Assembly: GCF_964355755.1 (NCBI RefSeq)
Contig: NC_092672.1
Coordinates: forward strand, 30,510,437-30,574,436
DNA from: Antedon mediterranea
Taxonomy: Eukaryota; Animalia; Echinodermata
Length of the DNA: 64,000 bases
Direction: 5' to 3'
Below the pieces are notes generated by a model that was not told the origin of the DNA, searched no databases, and saw only the letters and a list, made by a program, of their open reading frames with translations. How positions within the stretch are numbered: the stretch's first letter is position 1; each line of letters opens with the position of its first letter. Shown here one piece after another: positions 38,475 through 52,695 of the stretch. Made by a program: the position numbers and the translations under genes.

Positions 38475-41400
38475 TCTATATATAAATTTACGTAAGGGCA
38501 AAATTCGGTAAATCGCGCGTTATTTCTAGAATGTTTACTCGATGGTATATAAAGTTGCGATGCGATGAATGGAACATTCCAATCTCTGTTCCACAAGTGT
38601 CTATTCCCTCAGGCGTCGTAAAGGCAAGTACTGTATACTCATAACAGAAATTCGATCCATTTTTTTTTTCAACCAACCCCACCATTTCAATCTGTGCTGC
38701 AGAGGTTGGATATACATTTTTTTTAAACGGATAATGAGCTAGCGTTTTCACTCGCCGTATATTATGTACACATCTTTATTATTGCAGTTAGACCACCCAC
38801 ATCACCACCCTTTCCTCACTGGCATGAGTAGCGTTGGTGGGTAGGGTATGAATTAAGTATGAATTGGCTCTAAGAAAAAATTGAAAACCATTATGCCTAC
38901 TAATTAAGTTGAGTTAGATAATTTAATATTTATTGACGATTAAATCGAATTTATGATTTTCGCCGAATAGAGGTGGTTTTCACAAATTGTGTTATATTAT
39001 ATAAACATAATACACGTCGTAGTGATGTATCGTTACATGTACTTTTCTATTTCAATCGACTATGACGGTGATAGTTTCAACAAAGTATTAAATCGCAATG
39101 TTTTACTGTGTGTAGTGGAATATTATTTGTAAAACATGAAAACAATTAATATTTCGTTACTAAATGGATAAAGAATATATTTAAAAATTGTTCCTCTTTG
39201 CACCCATCCTCTTCCCCATCCCTCAACCCTAATGTTACATACAAAACACAAATTAAGTTTGTTTAAATTTAAACAATTGGTCTCATTTTGTGACAAGTTT
39301 CTCTTTTGGAAGTAATTCCCAGGGTGCTAAATTTAGTTGAGTACATAAATCAGTGTCTATTTATTCGTTCCTGTAAACGACATGTATTATTGTCCTGCGG
39401 TACGTACATTTGAAATCGCCAGTTTTTTAACTCTGAAATTATTATGTATTCGAGAACCATCTGTGGGCACGACCTAGATGGTACGCGAGCGAAGCGAGCG
39501 TACCATCTAGTCTATATATAAATTTACGTAAGGGCAAAATTCGGTATATAAAGTTGGTTCGTACTTTCGGTACTGATTTTAACCACCTGGTGTAACCCTG
39601 TTTACTAATTAAATTGAGTCAGATAATTAGTTATTGACAATTAAAACGAATTTAGGTTCAACGATTTGCCCCAAATAGGGGTGTTTTCCGATCGTGGTGT
39701 ACACTGTCTAATGCATGTCCATCGTGAAAAATACCCGCATACAATAATACGAGGATGCTTCGCATTTTCCTATCTCCTCCTACGATAATTGTTTTTAATG
39801 GCTGAAAACCGGTTGAACAGCTCGAGTACAGCATCATAATGTTGAAGACAGGCCGATTTTCTTTAAAAAATACTATTTTCATAGATTTAATATACGTTTA
39901 TACAAATGTATTGATTTGCAATGAATGGAACATTCCAAATTATTTGGTTTAACCATACTTGCATACCTCCATGGTTTAACACAAGTAGGTAAATTTATAG
40001 ACCCTTGGAGAATAAACAGAAATAGTATTGTAATGCTATACAATACTGCAAATAGGTATTAACCACGTTTGATCGCCATTTGAATCAAAAGTGTGTTGGT
40101 ACTGTTAGATATAATATAAACAAATATACTAATAAACTTTATCACTGTGAGTGTGGGTAGCCCCTACTTTTAGATTATAAACACATAATAATATAATACT
40201 TTAATACTGTCAGTTGTTTCTCAACATTTGTATTAATTAATAATTAAAATATAAACATATTAGTGGTCTTTAAAGGTACTTTACTATTTCAATCGACCAT
40301 GAGACAGTGACAGTTTTAATAAAGTATTAAATCGGAAATGTTTTACTCTATTTAGTGGTATATTATTTATTGGCCTATAAAAAAAATTTCGTTACTGAGT
40401 GGATAATAAAGAAATATAAAGAATAATTTAATATAAAGAATATATTAAAAAATGTTTCCTCTTTGTACCTATCCTCATCCCCACCGCTCAACTCTAATGT
40501 TAGATACAAAACCCTGAACTCTAATAGATACAAAATTGGGTTTGTTTAAATGAGTCCAAATAACAAATTTGAACTCATTTTGTGACAAGTTTCTAGGTGC
40601 TAATTGTGGTTGACTACATAAATCATTGTGTCTATTTGTTTCTGTAAACGACAATGTTTTATAGTCCTGCCGTACGTACATTTGAAATCGCCATTTTTTT
40701 TACGCTGAAATTACTATGTATTCGAGAACCATCTGTGGGCACGAACTAGATGGTACGCGAGCGAAGCGAGCGTACCATCTAGTCTATATATAAATTTACG
40801 TAAGGGCAAAATTCGGTAAATCGCGCCTTACTTTTAGAATTTTTACTCGATGGTATATAAAGTTGGTTCGTACTTTCGGTACTGATTTTAACCACCTGAT
40901 GTAATCCTGTTTACTAATTAAATTGAGTTCGATAATTAGTTATTGACAATTAAAACGAATTTAGGTTCAACTATTTGCCCCAAATAGGGGTGTTTTCCGA
41001 TCGTGGTATACACTGTCTAATGGATGTCCGTCTTAAAAATACCCGCAGACAATAATACGAGGATGCTTCGCATTTTTCTATCTCCTCCTACGATAGTTGT
41101 TTTTAGTGGCTGAAAACCGGTTGAACAGCTCGAGTACAGCATCATAATGTTGAAGACAGGCCGATTTTCTTTAAAAAATTTTATTTTGATAGATTTAATA
41201 TACGTTTATACAAATGTATTGATTTGCGATGAATGGAACATTCCAATCTCTGTTCCACAAGTGTCTATTCCATCAGGCGTCGTAAAAGCAAGTACTGTAT
41301 ACTCATAACAGAAATTCGATCCATTTTTTTTTCAATCTGTGCTGCAGAGGTTGGATATAATTTTTTTTTAACGGATAATGAGCTAGCGTTTTCAGTCGCC

Positions 41401-42640
41401 GTATATTATGTACAACTCTTTATTATTGCAGTTAAACCACCCACTCACTGGCATGAGTAGCGTTGTAAAGCCAGTAGAGGATAGGCATACGGTGCATCAC
41501 ATGCCCTAAACGCAGAACAACTTTGGTGGGTAGGGTAGGAACCAACTTAAGTATGAATTGGCTCTAAAAAACAATTGAAAACCATTAGGCCTACTAATTA
41601 AGTTGAGTTAGATAATTTAATATTTATTGAAGATTAAATCGAATTTATGATTTGCCCCGAATAGAGGTGGTTTTCACAAATTGTTATACATTATATAAAC
41701 ATATACACGTCGTAGTGATGTGTCGTTACACGTACTGTACTTTTCAATCGACTAGGACGGTGATAGTTTCAGAAAAAGTATTACATCGCAATGTTTTACT
41801 GTTCTTCTTTGCACCATCCTCTTCCCCATCCCTCAACCCTAATGTTACATATAAAACACAAATTAAGTTTGTTTAAACAATTGGTCTCATTTTGTGACAA
41901 GTTTCTTTTTCGGAAGTAATTCCCAGGGTGCTAATTTTAGTTGAGTACATAAATCACAGTGTCTGTTTATTCGTTCCTGTAAACGACATGTATTATTGTC
42001 CTGCGGTACGTACATTTGAAATCGCCATTTTTTTAACGCTGACATTATTAGTATTCGAGAACCATCTGTGGGCACGACCTAGATGGTACGCGAGCGAAGC
42101 GAGCGTACCATCTAGTCTATATATAAATTTACGTAAGGGCAAAATTCGGTAAATCGCGTGTTATTTCTAGAATGTTTACTCGATGGTATATAAAGTTGGT
42201 TAGAATCTGGGTACTGATTTTAACCACCTGATGTAACCCTGTTTACTAATTAAATTGAGTTAGATAATTAGTTATTGACAATTAAAACGAATTTAGGTTC
42301 AACGATTTGCCCCAAATAGGGGTGTTTTCCGATCGTGGTATACACTGTCTAATGGATGTGCTCATGAAAAAATACCTGCACACAATAATACGAGGATACT
42401 TCGCATTTTCCTATCTCCTCCTACGATAATTGTTGTTAATAGCTGAAAACCGGTTGAACAGCTCGACAACAGTATCATAATGTTGAAGACAGGCCGATTT
42501 TCTTTAAAAAATACTATTTTGATAGATTTAATATACGTTTATGCAAATGTATTGATTTGCGATGAATGGAACATTCCAATCTCCCAGTTTGTAGGTAAAT
42601 TTATGAGCCCTTGGTTTAATACAAGTTGATAAATTGATGG
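38475..42640 (+). mobile_element. Head-to-tail array of non-autonomous Helitrons
   Basis: Units 38475-39510, 39511-40782, 40783-42115 and a truncated unit from 42116. Each starts TCTATATATAAA; the three complete units end with the hairpin CTAGATGGTACGC...GCGTACCATCTAG. The first unit is preceded by A. Confidence 0.85.
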
Positions 42641-43312
42641 GCCTTGGAGAATAACAAACATCGTTATAACACATTTACTTTCATTATACATGATTAACAT
42701 TATCATCTATCTCGTTTTGAAATATTTTACACAGAACAATTTTGTGAGTTTTTCATTTAATTTTTTCCATATCTACCTAATTCCTCTATGATTAAGTTCA
42801 TCCATGAGGCAAAAATATAATTGCAAAGTAATCATAAAAACAATTGTACTGTTTTTATAGATTGGGCGATTACCAGGAAAACGAAGCTCAAACACGTACA
42901 CTTAAGTAACAACACTCATCTAGTGGTAAGTTAACAATTAAACTAACAATTATTGGATTCAACTATTTACAGACATATTAAAATAGGCCTACTATATAGG
43001 CCTAATCATCGATTCAAGATATATCTTTATGTTTTGTTCTCCGTAACCAGAATATTGCACTAACATCGCAAACCGCACGTTAGGTAAGCTTGGTCCTTTC
43101 TTGCATTGCGTACGTACCCAATGCAAGAAAGGACGTGTGGCTGCAACGCAAGCGGATACCAATCACAATGGTATGGATGGACAATCCATCGCTTTTATTG
43201 GTCAATTCGCTTATTTACGTACGGCTTATGTCCATTCGCTGCGTCCTAGTAGAGACCAAGCTGGGTTGGTACGTGGTTCTTACCACCAAATCAACTTACG
43301 TTTACCGTTCGC

Positions 43313-44554
43313 GGGTGGCGATATTTTTTACGCTCAACGAAACTGCCAGCTAGCCAGAATACTATTTTCTGATTGGATGTTGATGTCACGTGAGATGTTC
43401 AAATCACTCACGCATGCAGTTCGCCTCAGTAGGTAATTCCTTCTCGCACTCTCCGACCGGTTGCGACTCGCACTGCACTTTAGGCTAGCAATTTACGTGT
43501 TGTAGGAATCCATTTCAACTACTAGCTCCTTGCACAACAGACACAGGCTTACAATTTTTATCGTGTCGCCATCGTTGAAATGTTTTTTCGTAACATGTAT
43601 TGCTCTTTTCTATGTACAATGTTTGAGATAAAATAATTATAAATAAGAGCGATTATCGTTGTGGATAATACCGTAACGTGGATAATAAAGAAATCACGCA
43701 TTGGCGATAAAACGTTTGTCTGGATGGTGTCAATTTGTTTTTGTTTATGATCCAACATCATTTGTTGAAAATTTTCAAAAAATGATAATAAATAATCACA
43801 AAAACTATTTCCCTGTGAATTATAAATATATATTTAGATGAGTTGTTGCTTGTAATTCTGCCAAAGGAATAGAGCCTTTTTTTGTCAGTATATAAAAGGA
43901 TGACGATGACAAAAGTGTATTTTGACCGTGCCAACCCGATGTTGCCGTCATGAAGGCCCTAAAAAGATTACCGCGGTGCGACTTGCTTATCGCTTCGCAT
44001 AAATCATGGTTTTCCACGTGAAATTTGAAATTAATGCATGAAACGTACGCGGAACGTAAATAAACATTGAGAGAGGCGAATTCCTCCATGGAAATTTAAT
44101 TAATTAATTAGATTACTCCATGGCGAGGGAAAGTAAATACTTCCAAGAAACCCTTCACAAGTTTCCGCTTTTTGGGTTTAGCCGCTCTTATTTATAGTTA
44201 TTTTATCTCAAACATTGTACATATAGAAAAGAGCAATAAATGTTACGAAAAAACATTTCAACGATGGCGACACGATAAAAATGCGGGAAATTGTAAGCCT
44301 CTGTCTGTTGTTTCAGGCAGCGTGCTGCTCTCAGGCAGCGAGCCATTGAAATGTACGATTCCTACAACACGTGAATTGCTAGACTAGAGCAGTGCGAGTC
44401 GCAACCGGTCGGAGAGTGCGAGGGGGAATTACCTACTACTGAGGCAAACTGCATGCGTGAGTGATTTGAACATCTCACGTGACATCAACATCCAATCAGA
44501 AAACAGTATTCTGGCTAGCTGGCAGTTTCGTTGAGCAAAAAAAAAATCGCACCC
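43313..44554. mobile_element. Foldback-like MITE with TIRs of about 340 bp
   Basis: 43313-43655 is an imperfect inverted repeat of about 44180-44554, with GGGTG...CACCC termini. No clear TSD. Confidence 0.75.
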
Positions 44555-44842
44555 AGGTGCCTTATTTTTCTTCCCATATTAAGTTATGGCAGAAACTATA
44601 GAGGGCGTGTATATGTATCTCAAAACAGAAATTTTGTGATCTTTTCTTTTCTGAATTATGTTATCCTTCCTAAATATGTTTAATAAAATAAAATAAAATA
44701 ATGAATGTTCATAATGCCTGCCTGAGCTCATGACGTCATACTTAACAAACACACTTCCCTGATGCACGTTCGCAGATCAGAATTACTGACAGTAACTTAC
44801 TGTACTCTTTTTCTCTTGATGTTGTTAAAGACACTAGTAGTA

Positions 44843-47800
44843 GAGGCTATATATGGTTTGACCTTGAAAAAATTCTAATAAAAGGTCTTTTGGTATTTTC
44901 TTGTAGCTTTAGGTGTCAATAATTACCAAAAAAATTTTGCAGCCTTCTGGTTGCTGCGTTAGTGAGATATTGAGGGTCAAAGGTCAGTGACCTTTTTGTG
45001 GCATTTGATGGCTCATAACTCCTCAACTCTTGGGTTTAAAAAGACTAATGTGGTTTCTACATCTATGTTTTAGTGGTCAAACAACAAAATAAAGTTTTTG
45101 CAAATTTCGGGTTACTTGTGCCATTGGTCAGATAGTCGGGTCAAAGGTCATTGACCTTTATTCATTAATAACTACTGCTAGTGTAGGACCTGAGTAAGAT
45201 TTGTATGCATTCAATTTAGGAGAGAATATCTCAACTGTTATAGGATAATTTGACCCCAAGGAACAATATGGGATATGTGTCAAATTCGTTATCTGGGGCG
45301 AACATGCCCAAATCGGGGTCAAAGGTTAGAAATGTGTGGTTCTTATATCTCGACAACCACTTGTCATACAGATTTGCTTTTGGTGTCAAATTGTTCAGAA
45401 TATACATATTTATATTCAGTCTAACACAACTTTTACCCCAAAAAATGATCGGAAATGCTTTTACTGACCTTTTACCAAAACATGACCAAAAAAACACATT
45501 TTCGGGTTAAATTATTCCATAAAATGTCAATGGACACACTGTATGGTATAAAATGAAAGCATATACAATATGCTACCCATTGCTACCCAGCTTGTATTGA
45601 ACATTTTTTAATTAGGAATCTAATCTTATGGAAAATGTGCCTAATTTGATTACTTTTATACAAAAAATGAATATTTAGTAGTGTAATTGTTGTGCTTATT
45701 TATATAATGTTAAATAATTTTAAATAAGTGTTTGGAAGAACTATTTGGTATCAAATAAAAGCCCATACAATATTCTATCCATTGCTATCCAACTTGTAAT
45801 ACAAATCTGTAATTATGATGCTACTTTGGTGAAAAATGTGCATATTTTATTGCTTTTTGACAAAAATGGGTATACATTACCAGATAATTTATTTTGGTTT
45901 ATTTATGATATTAAATAATTCAAATGTTTGAAAAGACATATTTGGTATCAAAGGAAAGCACATACAATATGCTACCTAACTTGTATTTAATTATGTGATG
46001 TTATTTTTGGAAAATATGCATATATTTTTATTAAATTTAGACAAAAATGAGTATAAATTAATGTAAGTTTATTTTGGGTGAAATAATTCTAGCGTTGTAA
46101 TGAAATATTTGGTATAAAAAAGAAAAGAATTAGTTGTAGTTTATTAAGTTCTTTATTTGGTAGACCAAACAAAATGGCATTGCAGTAGTCTAACCGTGAT
46201 GTTATTAGTGCATGGACAAGTTTAATAAGCGAGGAGTGGGTTAAGGATTTGCGAATTGATCTTATGTTACGAAGGTGGTAGGTATCAGATTTACTAATGT
46301 TGTTGATATGTCTGGACATAATCATTGCTGAGTCAAATACAACTCCGATATATCTAACCTCCAACGATGATGTGATTGATGTTTCTAGCAATGGCCAATT
46401 TCTTGAAGTGTTTTGAATGAATAAATAAGATTTCTGTTTTACCAGGGTTAAAAAGAGCATGTTTTTAGTTAGCCAATCCTGAACATCAACAACACAAGCT
46501 TCGATAACCGACTTCGCCTCATTAAACTCTGCTGAATTAAAGCTGATGTATCATCTGCGTACACATGATATTGGACACAATGTCTCTTAATGATATCACT
46601 CATGGGCGAGGTGTAAACTAAAAACAATACTGGACCCAGTATTGATCCTTGAGGAACACCGCATTTCAGGTTGATAGAGGTGGATTTGACACTACCAATC
46701 TGGACCTGCTGCTTCCTAGAAGACAAATATGACTTGAACTAATTTAGAGCAGATCCACGGATACCAATAGACGAGAGTCTTGCAATAATAATGGAATAGT
46801 CCATGGTATCAGAAGCTGCCGACAGGTCGAGGTACACAGAAAAAAGACAATTACCTTTATCCAGAGCTAAAATAATATCATTATGCACCTTGAGAATGGC
46901 TGACTCTGTACTGTGGCGCTTTCTATATGCTGATTGAAGAGGGTCGAACAGATTATTGTCGTCAAGAAAATGTATGAGATCTAAAGCAACGCATTTCTCA
47001 AGGATCTTAGATAAGAAAGCGACATTAGAAATAGATCGAAAATTTGCCATGCAAGTATGTGAAGGCGTCTTTAAAATAAGTGTAACTAGACCCAACTTCA
47101 AATCATCAGGAAAGGTCGTACCAGTTGATAAAGATAAATTAATAATAATTCTAAATACTGAAGTCAATTATGCACATTTTCCATAAAGTTATATTCCTAA
47201 TTAAAAGTGTTTAATACAAGTTGGGTAGCAATGGGTAGTATATTGTATATGCTTTCATTTTATACCATACAGTGTGTCCATTGACATTTTATGGAATAAT
47301 TTAACCCGAAAATGTGTTTTTTTGGTCATTTTTTGGTCAAAGGTCAGTAAAAGCATTTCCGGTCATTTTTTGGGGTAAAAGTTGTGTTAGACTGAATATA
47401 AATATGTATATTCTGAACAATTTGACACCAAAAGCAAATCTGTATGACAAGTGGTTGTCGAGATATAAGAACCACACATTTCTAACCTTTGACCCCGATT
47501 TTGGGCATGTTCGCCCCAGATAACGAATTTGACACATATCCCATATTGTTCCTTGGGGTCAAATTATCCTATAACAGTTGAGATATACTCTCCTAAATTG
47601 AATGCATACAAATCTTACTCAGGTCCTACACTAGCAGTAGTTATTAATGAATAAAGGTCAATGACCTTTGACCCGACTATCTGACCAATGGCACAAGTAA
47701 CCCGAAATTTGCAAAAACTTTATTTTGTTGTTTGACCACTAAAACATAGATGTAGGCACAACATTTGTCTTTTTAAACCCAGGAGTTGAGGAGTTATGAG

Positions 47801-47980
47801 CCATCAAATGCCACAAAAAGGTCACTGACCTTTGACCATCAATATCTCACTAACGCAGCAACTAGAAGGCTGCAAAAATGTTATGGTATTTATTCACACC
47901 TAAAGCTACAAGAAAATACCAAAAGACCTTTTATTAGAATTTTTTCAAGGTTACATAGGATAAATGTCACATATAGCCTG
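44843..47980. mobile_element. Non-autonomous DNA transposon with TIRs of about 780 bp, enclosing a LINE RT fragment
   Basis: About 44860-45640 is a near-perfect inverted repeat of about 47170-47950. Outer termini AGGCTATAT / ATATAGCCT, with TA one base further out on each side. Confidence 0.8.
46130..47165 (-). pseudogene. CR1/L2-like LINE reverse transcriptase fragment
   Basis: NFRSISNVAFLSKILEK, QSAYRKRHSTESA, YLDLSAA, GVPQGSILGPVLF, YADDT, YIGVVFD and SRLDYCNAIL, with frameshifts. Confidence 0.9.
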
Positions 47981-49723
47981 TACTATAGGCATATACCTGC
48001 ATTTATTTACGTTTCGTAAAAATAATACATAAAATATAACTTTAAAAACATTAAACCAGGTCATTTCTTGTCTTAAATGTGCGTTCTATTAAGATTAATT
48101 ATGATAAAAAGTGAAAAACAATGGACTACCTAAGTAGCTCGCGTCGAAAGTTCTCTCGTAGACGTTTCTAGGCCTAGCTTAGTTGGGCTTAGTTGTGTAG
48201 GCCTAATAGCTTGTAAAGAGTGGTAGCGTACGGAGGTTGTCAGTCGATCGAGACCACGGACGGAATGTGTGGTCGCGATCGTCTTCATCGTTGGGCCCGA
48301 TCGTCTTAGCGCAGGGCCCGATAGTCTTGTGTTCAATATGGTAAAATCGATCATCGCGTTTTATTTTGGTCCCAATCAAAAGCAGTATTCGGTATGGAGC
48401 GTTGCTGATACGCTTGCAGTTGCGTTCGTACTATAAGGAATGAATGTTTGTGAAAGTCCTCTTTGAAATCATTGTAAACATGTTGTTTCTGAAAAGAAAT
48501 AAGAAATTAGTTTAGATAGTTTATAATTAGTTAATAGAGTATTTGTTACCAATAGGCATAATGCGTTCTAATTTCTATGAATACAAGTGGATATAGCAGT
48601 ACGTGTTTTAGGGTATTATATACAATAATAGATTATTGAGAAGAGATGAAATATACCCTAGCGTCTTGACAAGACACTATAGATATAAAAGGTGGGCGAT
48701 TTAACCACAAAAGAGTATATTAAAACATTTAGCCAGATGTTAATTACAAACGGCATTACCATTATGTATTAGAAAGATCGACGCAGACTTTTTTGTATGT
48801 GTGTTTTTTACTGTAATGATAATGACAAAGAACCTAATCAAAAATATCATAAATTGTGTTGTAAAATGTTATGTAAAAGTGTTACGGTACCGCTTTTATG
48901 TTTCGTAATAAAATATATAATTATCATAATAAATATTCATCGTCTAAAAATATATATAATTATTATAACGTTTTTATTTATTTTGTTTTTGCATTAGAAG
49001 TTCCAAAGATTTTTCCCATGTATATATAGGAAATAATTCATGATATGTCTGAAAGTACAATGTTAGACTAACATGAGACATGTACGTCATTTTAGTGTCA
49101 AATTCTTAATCAATTTCATTTACACTCAATTGTTAATACTATACGTACGTAGGTGCGGCTACATGGTTGGTGAGTGTTTTGGCAGCATGCAGCTACCCTA
49201 GCAGCACGACGAAAGATCATTTTCGGTTACCGCGTGAAAACTATTTCCAGTGTTTGCCTGTGTCACCTCATGAATATTCATGTGAAGATTCAGGCCCTTT
49301 ATAGTTTCTGCCTTAACCTAATGGGAAAAAAAATAATGCTACCCGGGTAAAACTTAAGACTGATGATACTGTAGGCGGGACTGCATGCCTATCTTACCGT
49401 ACCACCGCACCAGGAACGCGTCCATACGCAACACAAGGTCCTAAGAGCATGAACGCCAGTAAATTGACAAATAATGAGTCGATTGTTGTGAATCATCCAT
49501 GTCGTGATTGGTCAAATTTCTTGCGTTGCGCGTATATACGGACTTGTGTTGCGCTGTAAATACTATATAGGCACCAAGCTTAAACCTTTATTTTAACGTA
49601 AATTTTATTTTGATCATCAGGCTAATTCAACAGAACAACTAGAAAGTATTGAGGAGTTCATGAAGAGATATTCGTTAATTCATGTAAAACGAACGAAGCA
49701 TACTAACGAAATGTGTTTACGGC

Positions 49724-50473
49724 ATGGAAAACGTCTGGCTGGAAAACCTCTTAGTAAATGAGAAACACAAGATTGTCTTCTGTCAAACTCCGAAAGTCGG
49801 AAGTGTAAGTTGGTGTCGAATAATGTTGGTACTATCGGAATATATGAACTACACACAAGTGATGAAACTTACCGCATACCAGGTTAGCCGTGCGTGGAAG
49901 AAACATGTACCCCGTCTAGGTGCATTCCCATTGAGTAAACAGAAATACATTTTGGCTAACTACACTAAATTTATGTTCGTTAGACACCCGTTCACACGAC
50001 TTTTATCAGCATTTATTGACAAAATGAAGAAGAAAGATGGAAAATACCAACGACGAGGTACTGAGAAATATGTAAACAAAATTAAGGGTCACTATAGATG
50101 GGATAGAAATGCAACTGAAGACGTGGAATTTGTTGATTTTATTAATATGGTAGTCTCTAACGTAGGCAACATTCATTGGAGTGAGATGTATAAGGTCTGC
50201 GGTTCGTGCGATATCCACTATGACGTCATTGGACATTTTGAGGATATGACAAACGATGCTAAATATATTTTAACACTTTCAAATGTGACAAGTGTAGGTT
50301 TTCCAGAACCTTCCAAATCACATGCTACGTATAGCTCAGATAATGATAAGATATTTAAAGCCTTTTCCACTTTACCGGTATCAATGTTAGCTGATTTATA
50401 TTACAAATTCAAATATGATTTTGCACTTTTTGACTATAAAATACCATTTAACATAAATCAAAATAGAAAATAA
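49724..50473 (+). CDS. Sulfotransferase catalytic domain (Sulfotransfer_2 family)
   Basis: 5'-PSB FCQTPKVGSVSW, 3'-PB FMFVRHPFTRLLSAFIDK, HW...CGSCDIHYDVIGHFE, and C-terminal YKFKYDFALFDY. Confidence 0.88.
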   Translation: MENVWLENLLVNEKHKIVFCQTPKVGSVSWCRIMLVLSEYMNYTQVMKLTAYQVSRAWKKHVPRLGAFPLSKQKYILANYTKFMFVRHPFTRLLSAFIDKMKKKDGKYQRRGTEKYVNKIKGHYRWDRNATEDVEFVDFINMVVSNVGNIHWSEMYKVCGSCDIHYDVIGHFEDMTNDAKYILTLSNVTSVGFPEPSKSHATYSSDNDKIFKAFSTLPVSMLADLYYKFKYDFALFDYKIPFNINQNRK

Positions 50474-50549
50474 GTCAAGTTTTCTTGATTTTTTCTAACG
50501 ATTATATGATAATAACACATTATTTATCACTACAATGCAACGCGATATA

Positions 50550-51949
50550 CTAGAAATGGGAGAGCGATAGCCTATTGTTATTGTCAAAGATTTCATTTTT
50601 TCTCCTCATTTTTTGTCCGCAACAGATCTAAAAAAACGGTGGTTTTCACGGACACAAAATTAAACAGCTTAGAAATGCTCCGTTAAGTATAACCGTTTTA
50701 TTCAATGATTGAATATGTGTGTATGGTACGTATGATAACTGAAAATAACAGAAAGTATAATTCCTTCAAATCGATATTCAAATACAGTAGTACATATGAA
50801 ATACTTTAAACCTTGCTATCATATGAATATGATTATATATGCTATATTATTGTTTAAATTGTTCATAGTTTGTTGTTTACATACATTATCTTTTATATTA
50901 TGACATAAACTTACAGAGCTGTGAGCCTATGGATGCAGCACAATGAGAAACATCTGTGAATTTCTACTGTTAAACTTTAATACCTATGAAGGAAAAAACT
51001 ATAACTGACAATCTACGAAATCTATAAAACTATTAAAAAGTACAAAATACAACTAATGTAAGCATTAAGGGATCACCCTAAACATAACCATCAGAAAGGT
51101 ACATCCAGTCGCCTTTTCAACACTATCCCTGTTGCCATAGCAACTAAGAAGAAACCATCCCGCAGACCTAGCCTTGCATTAAAAACAAATTGCGTTGCGC
51201 CCGCGCTTTTGCCAACTTAGCCCTTATGCAGCCTAGAAAGCACGTTTTTGCGCTTGATTAATGTTCTAAGTATTTTTGTGGTATATTTCTTTCATATTTG
51301 ATGAATTATGAATGTAAAATAATGACACACGTGCACGTCAAACTTTAAAAATCGTGCGCCTGAAAATGGATAATTTTATGCAAATTTGTGTAAAAATATA
51401 CCTATTTTGAATCGATTATAGCTCTTCAGGATGGCTGGTGACCCCCTATTTTTTAACTTATTATAAAGCGCAATGAGTTGTAGATATGAATTCATGTGAA
51501 ATTTAGATCATAAATATGTTATGACGTCATCATATGGCCAGCTGAATTTAAAAAATTGGATTTTTATCTCTTTCGACACAGTTCGTCACATTCAATAGAG
51601 CGCATATCGCGTAAACGTTATCAATTTTATTCCAATTTTCAATAATGTTATTACTTAAAACATTCTCCTTCAGACACATGAACTTTATTTTTAATTTGAA
51701 AATGTCATCATATTCAAACAATTACATAAACGTGAGTGGTTTAAAATAAAAACTAACCGTCAACTAAACCGTTTTGCCAATACAGTCAACTGTTGACGCT
51801 TGTTGAACGATTTTAATCGATGCTATGCTGTTTGTGCAATAGTTGTGGTGCAGCTTACTGTAGGCTAAGCCTAATAAATAGCATAATGTATTATTACGAT
51901 GCGTTGCGCGATAGCCTAACTCGTCATCGTGACGAGTTCAAATCTAGTT
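50550..51949 (+). mobile_element. Helentron/Helitron-like non-autonomous element
   Basis: The 3' end GCGATAGCCT-AACTCGTCATCGTGACGAGTT-CAAATCTAGTT has the same architecture as 58348-58389. Internal blocks resemble 57500-58100. Confidence 0.5.
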
Positions 51950-52695
51950 TATATTAAATACATTGAGACATTTTACTATTCTTACACACAATTATTTTGG
52001 ATTTATTTTCAATCTTAATTTCATTATGTTGTTAACTTCAGATATATATTTGCGTCGTGGTATTTTAGTAAATCGCGGACAGGCGGAGCCGAAATTCGTA
52101 AGTAAACATTTGTGAACAAAATTTACTACCAAACCGTGCCCATGAATACACAATTTCTGACGTGCTTGAAACGCCTTTTTGAAATGTAAAGTGGATTCAC
52201 TATGGTGTAAAACTACTCTTTGGAAAAGTTAAACTTATTGATAAGCATTGTCTGTATAGAATTGCGTGACTTGTGTACAAATAGTTATATAATGTTTTTT
52301 TTTATAGGCTTAGGAGTCTTGTATTGTCACAATGCATAGTAAAAGCTAGTCTGGGCTCCAGACTGAGTTTTGTAAAAATATAAATATTTTTGCACATATG
52401 GAGTTTCATACGTGTATTACTTTAGTTTGGATACTCCGTCTGGGGAAACACGCATAAGTCACGTGGTTTGACTCCAAGAATACTTGGTGCATAAGTTAGG
52501 CCAAAAAAAAAAAATAGTTTGTTTGCTGTCATCCGCCGCCCCTAATTTCGCCAAAAATTTGGGGCGGAAATAAGAAAAAGTTTTTTTTTTACGTTGAGGG
52601 CGCTTTTTAAAAAAAAGTTTTTTTAATGATTTTTTTTGGCCGAAAAGGTGTAAAAATCGAGTGTGCGAGAATGAAACAATAAAAATAATAACGTA

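Larger units (their letters stand above)
37338..50473 (+). pseudogene. Carbohydrate sulfotransferase gene (CHST8-14/HNK-1ST-like), apparently disrupted
   Basis: Signal-anchor exon at about 37338-37563 (MAWSRLNVRMLFMFVLICAGFMLIFDITYV) and catalytic exon at 49621-50473. There is an insertion with a stop in the first exon and a frame break near 49720-49740. Linking the two exons into one gene is inferred. Confidence 0.6.

Noticed and set aside
45231-47537. Mirror-image ORFs at 45231-45510 and 47314-47537
   Set aside because: They are artefacts of the long inverted repeats.
48130-48430. GC-richer patch with a 74-aa minus-strand ORF
   Set aside because: I could not establish any recognisable motif, splice structure or repeat boundary.
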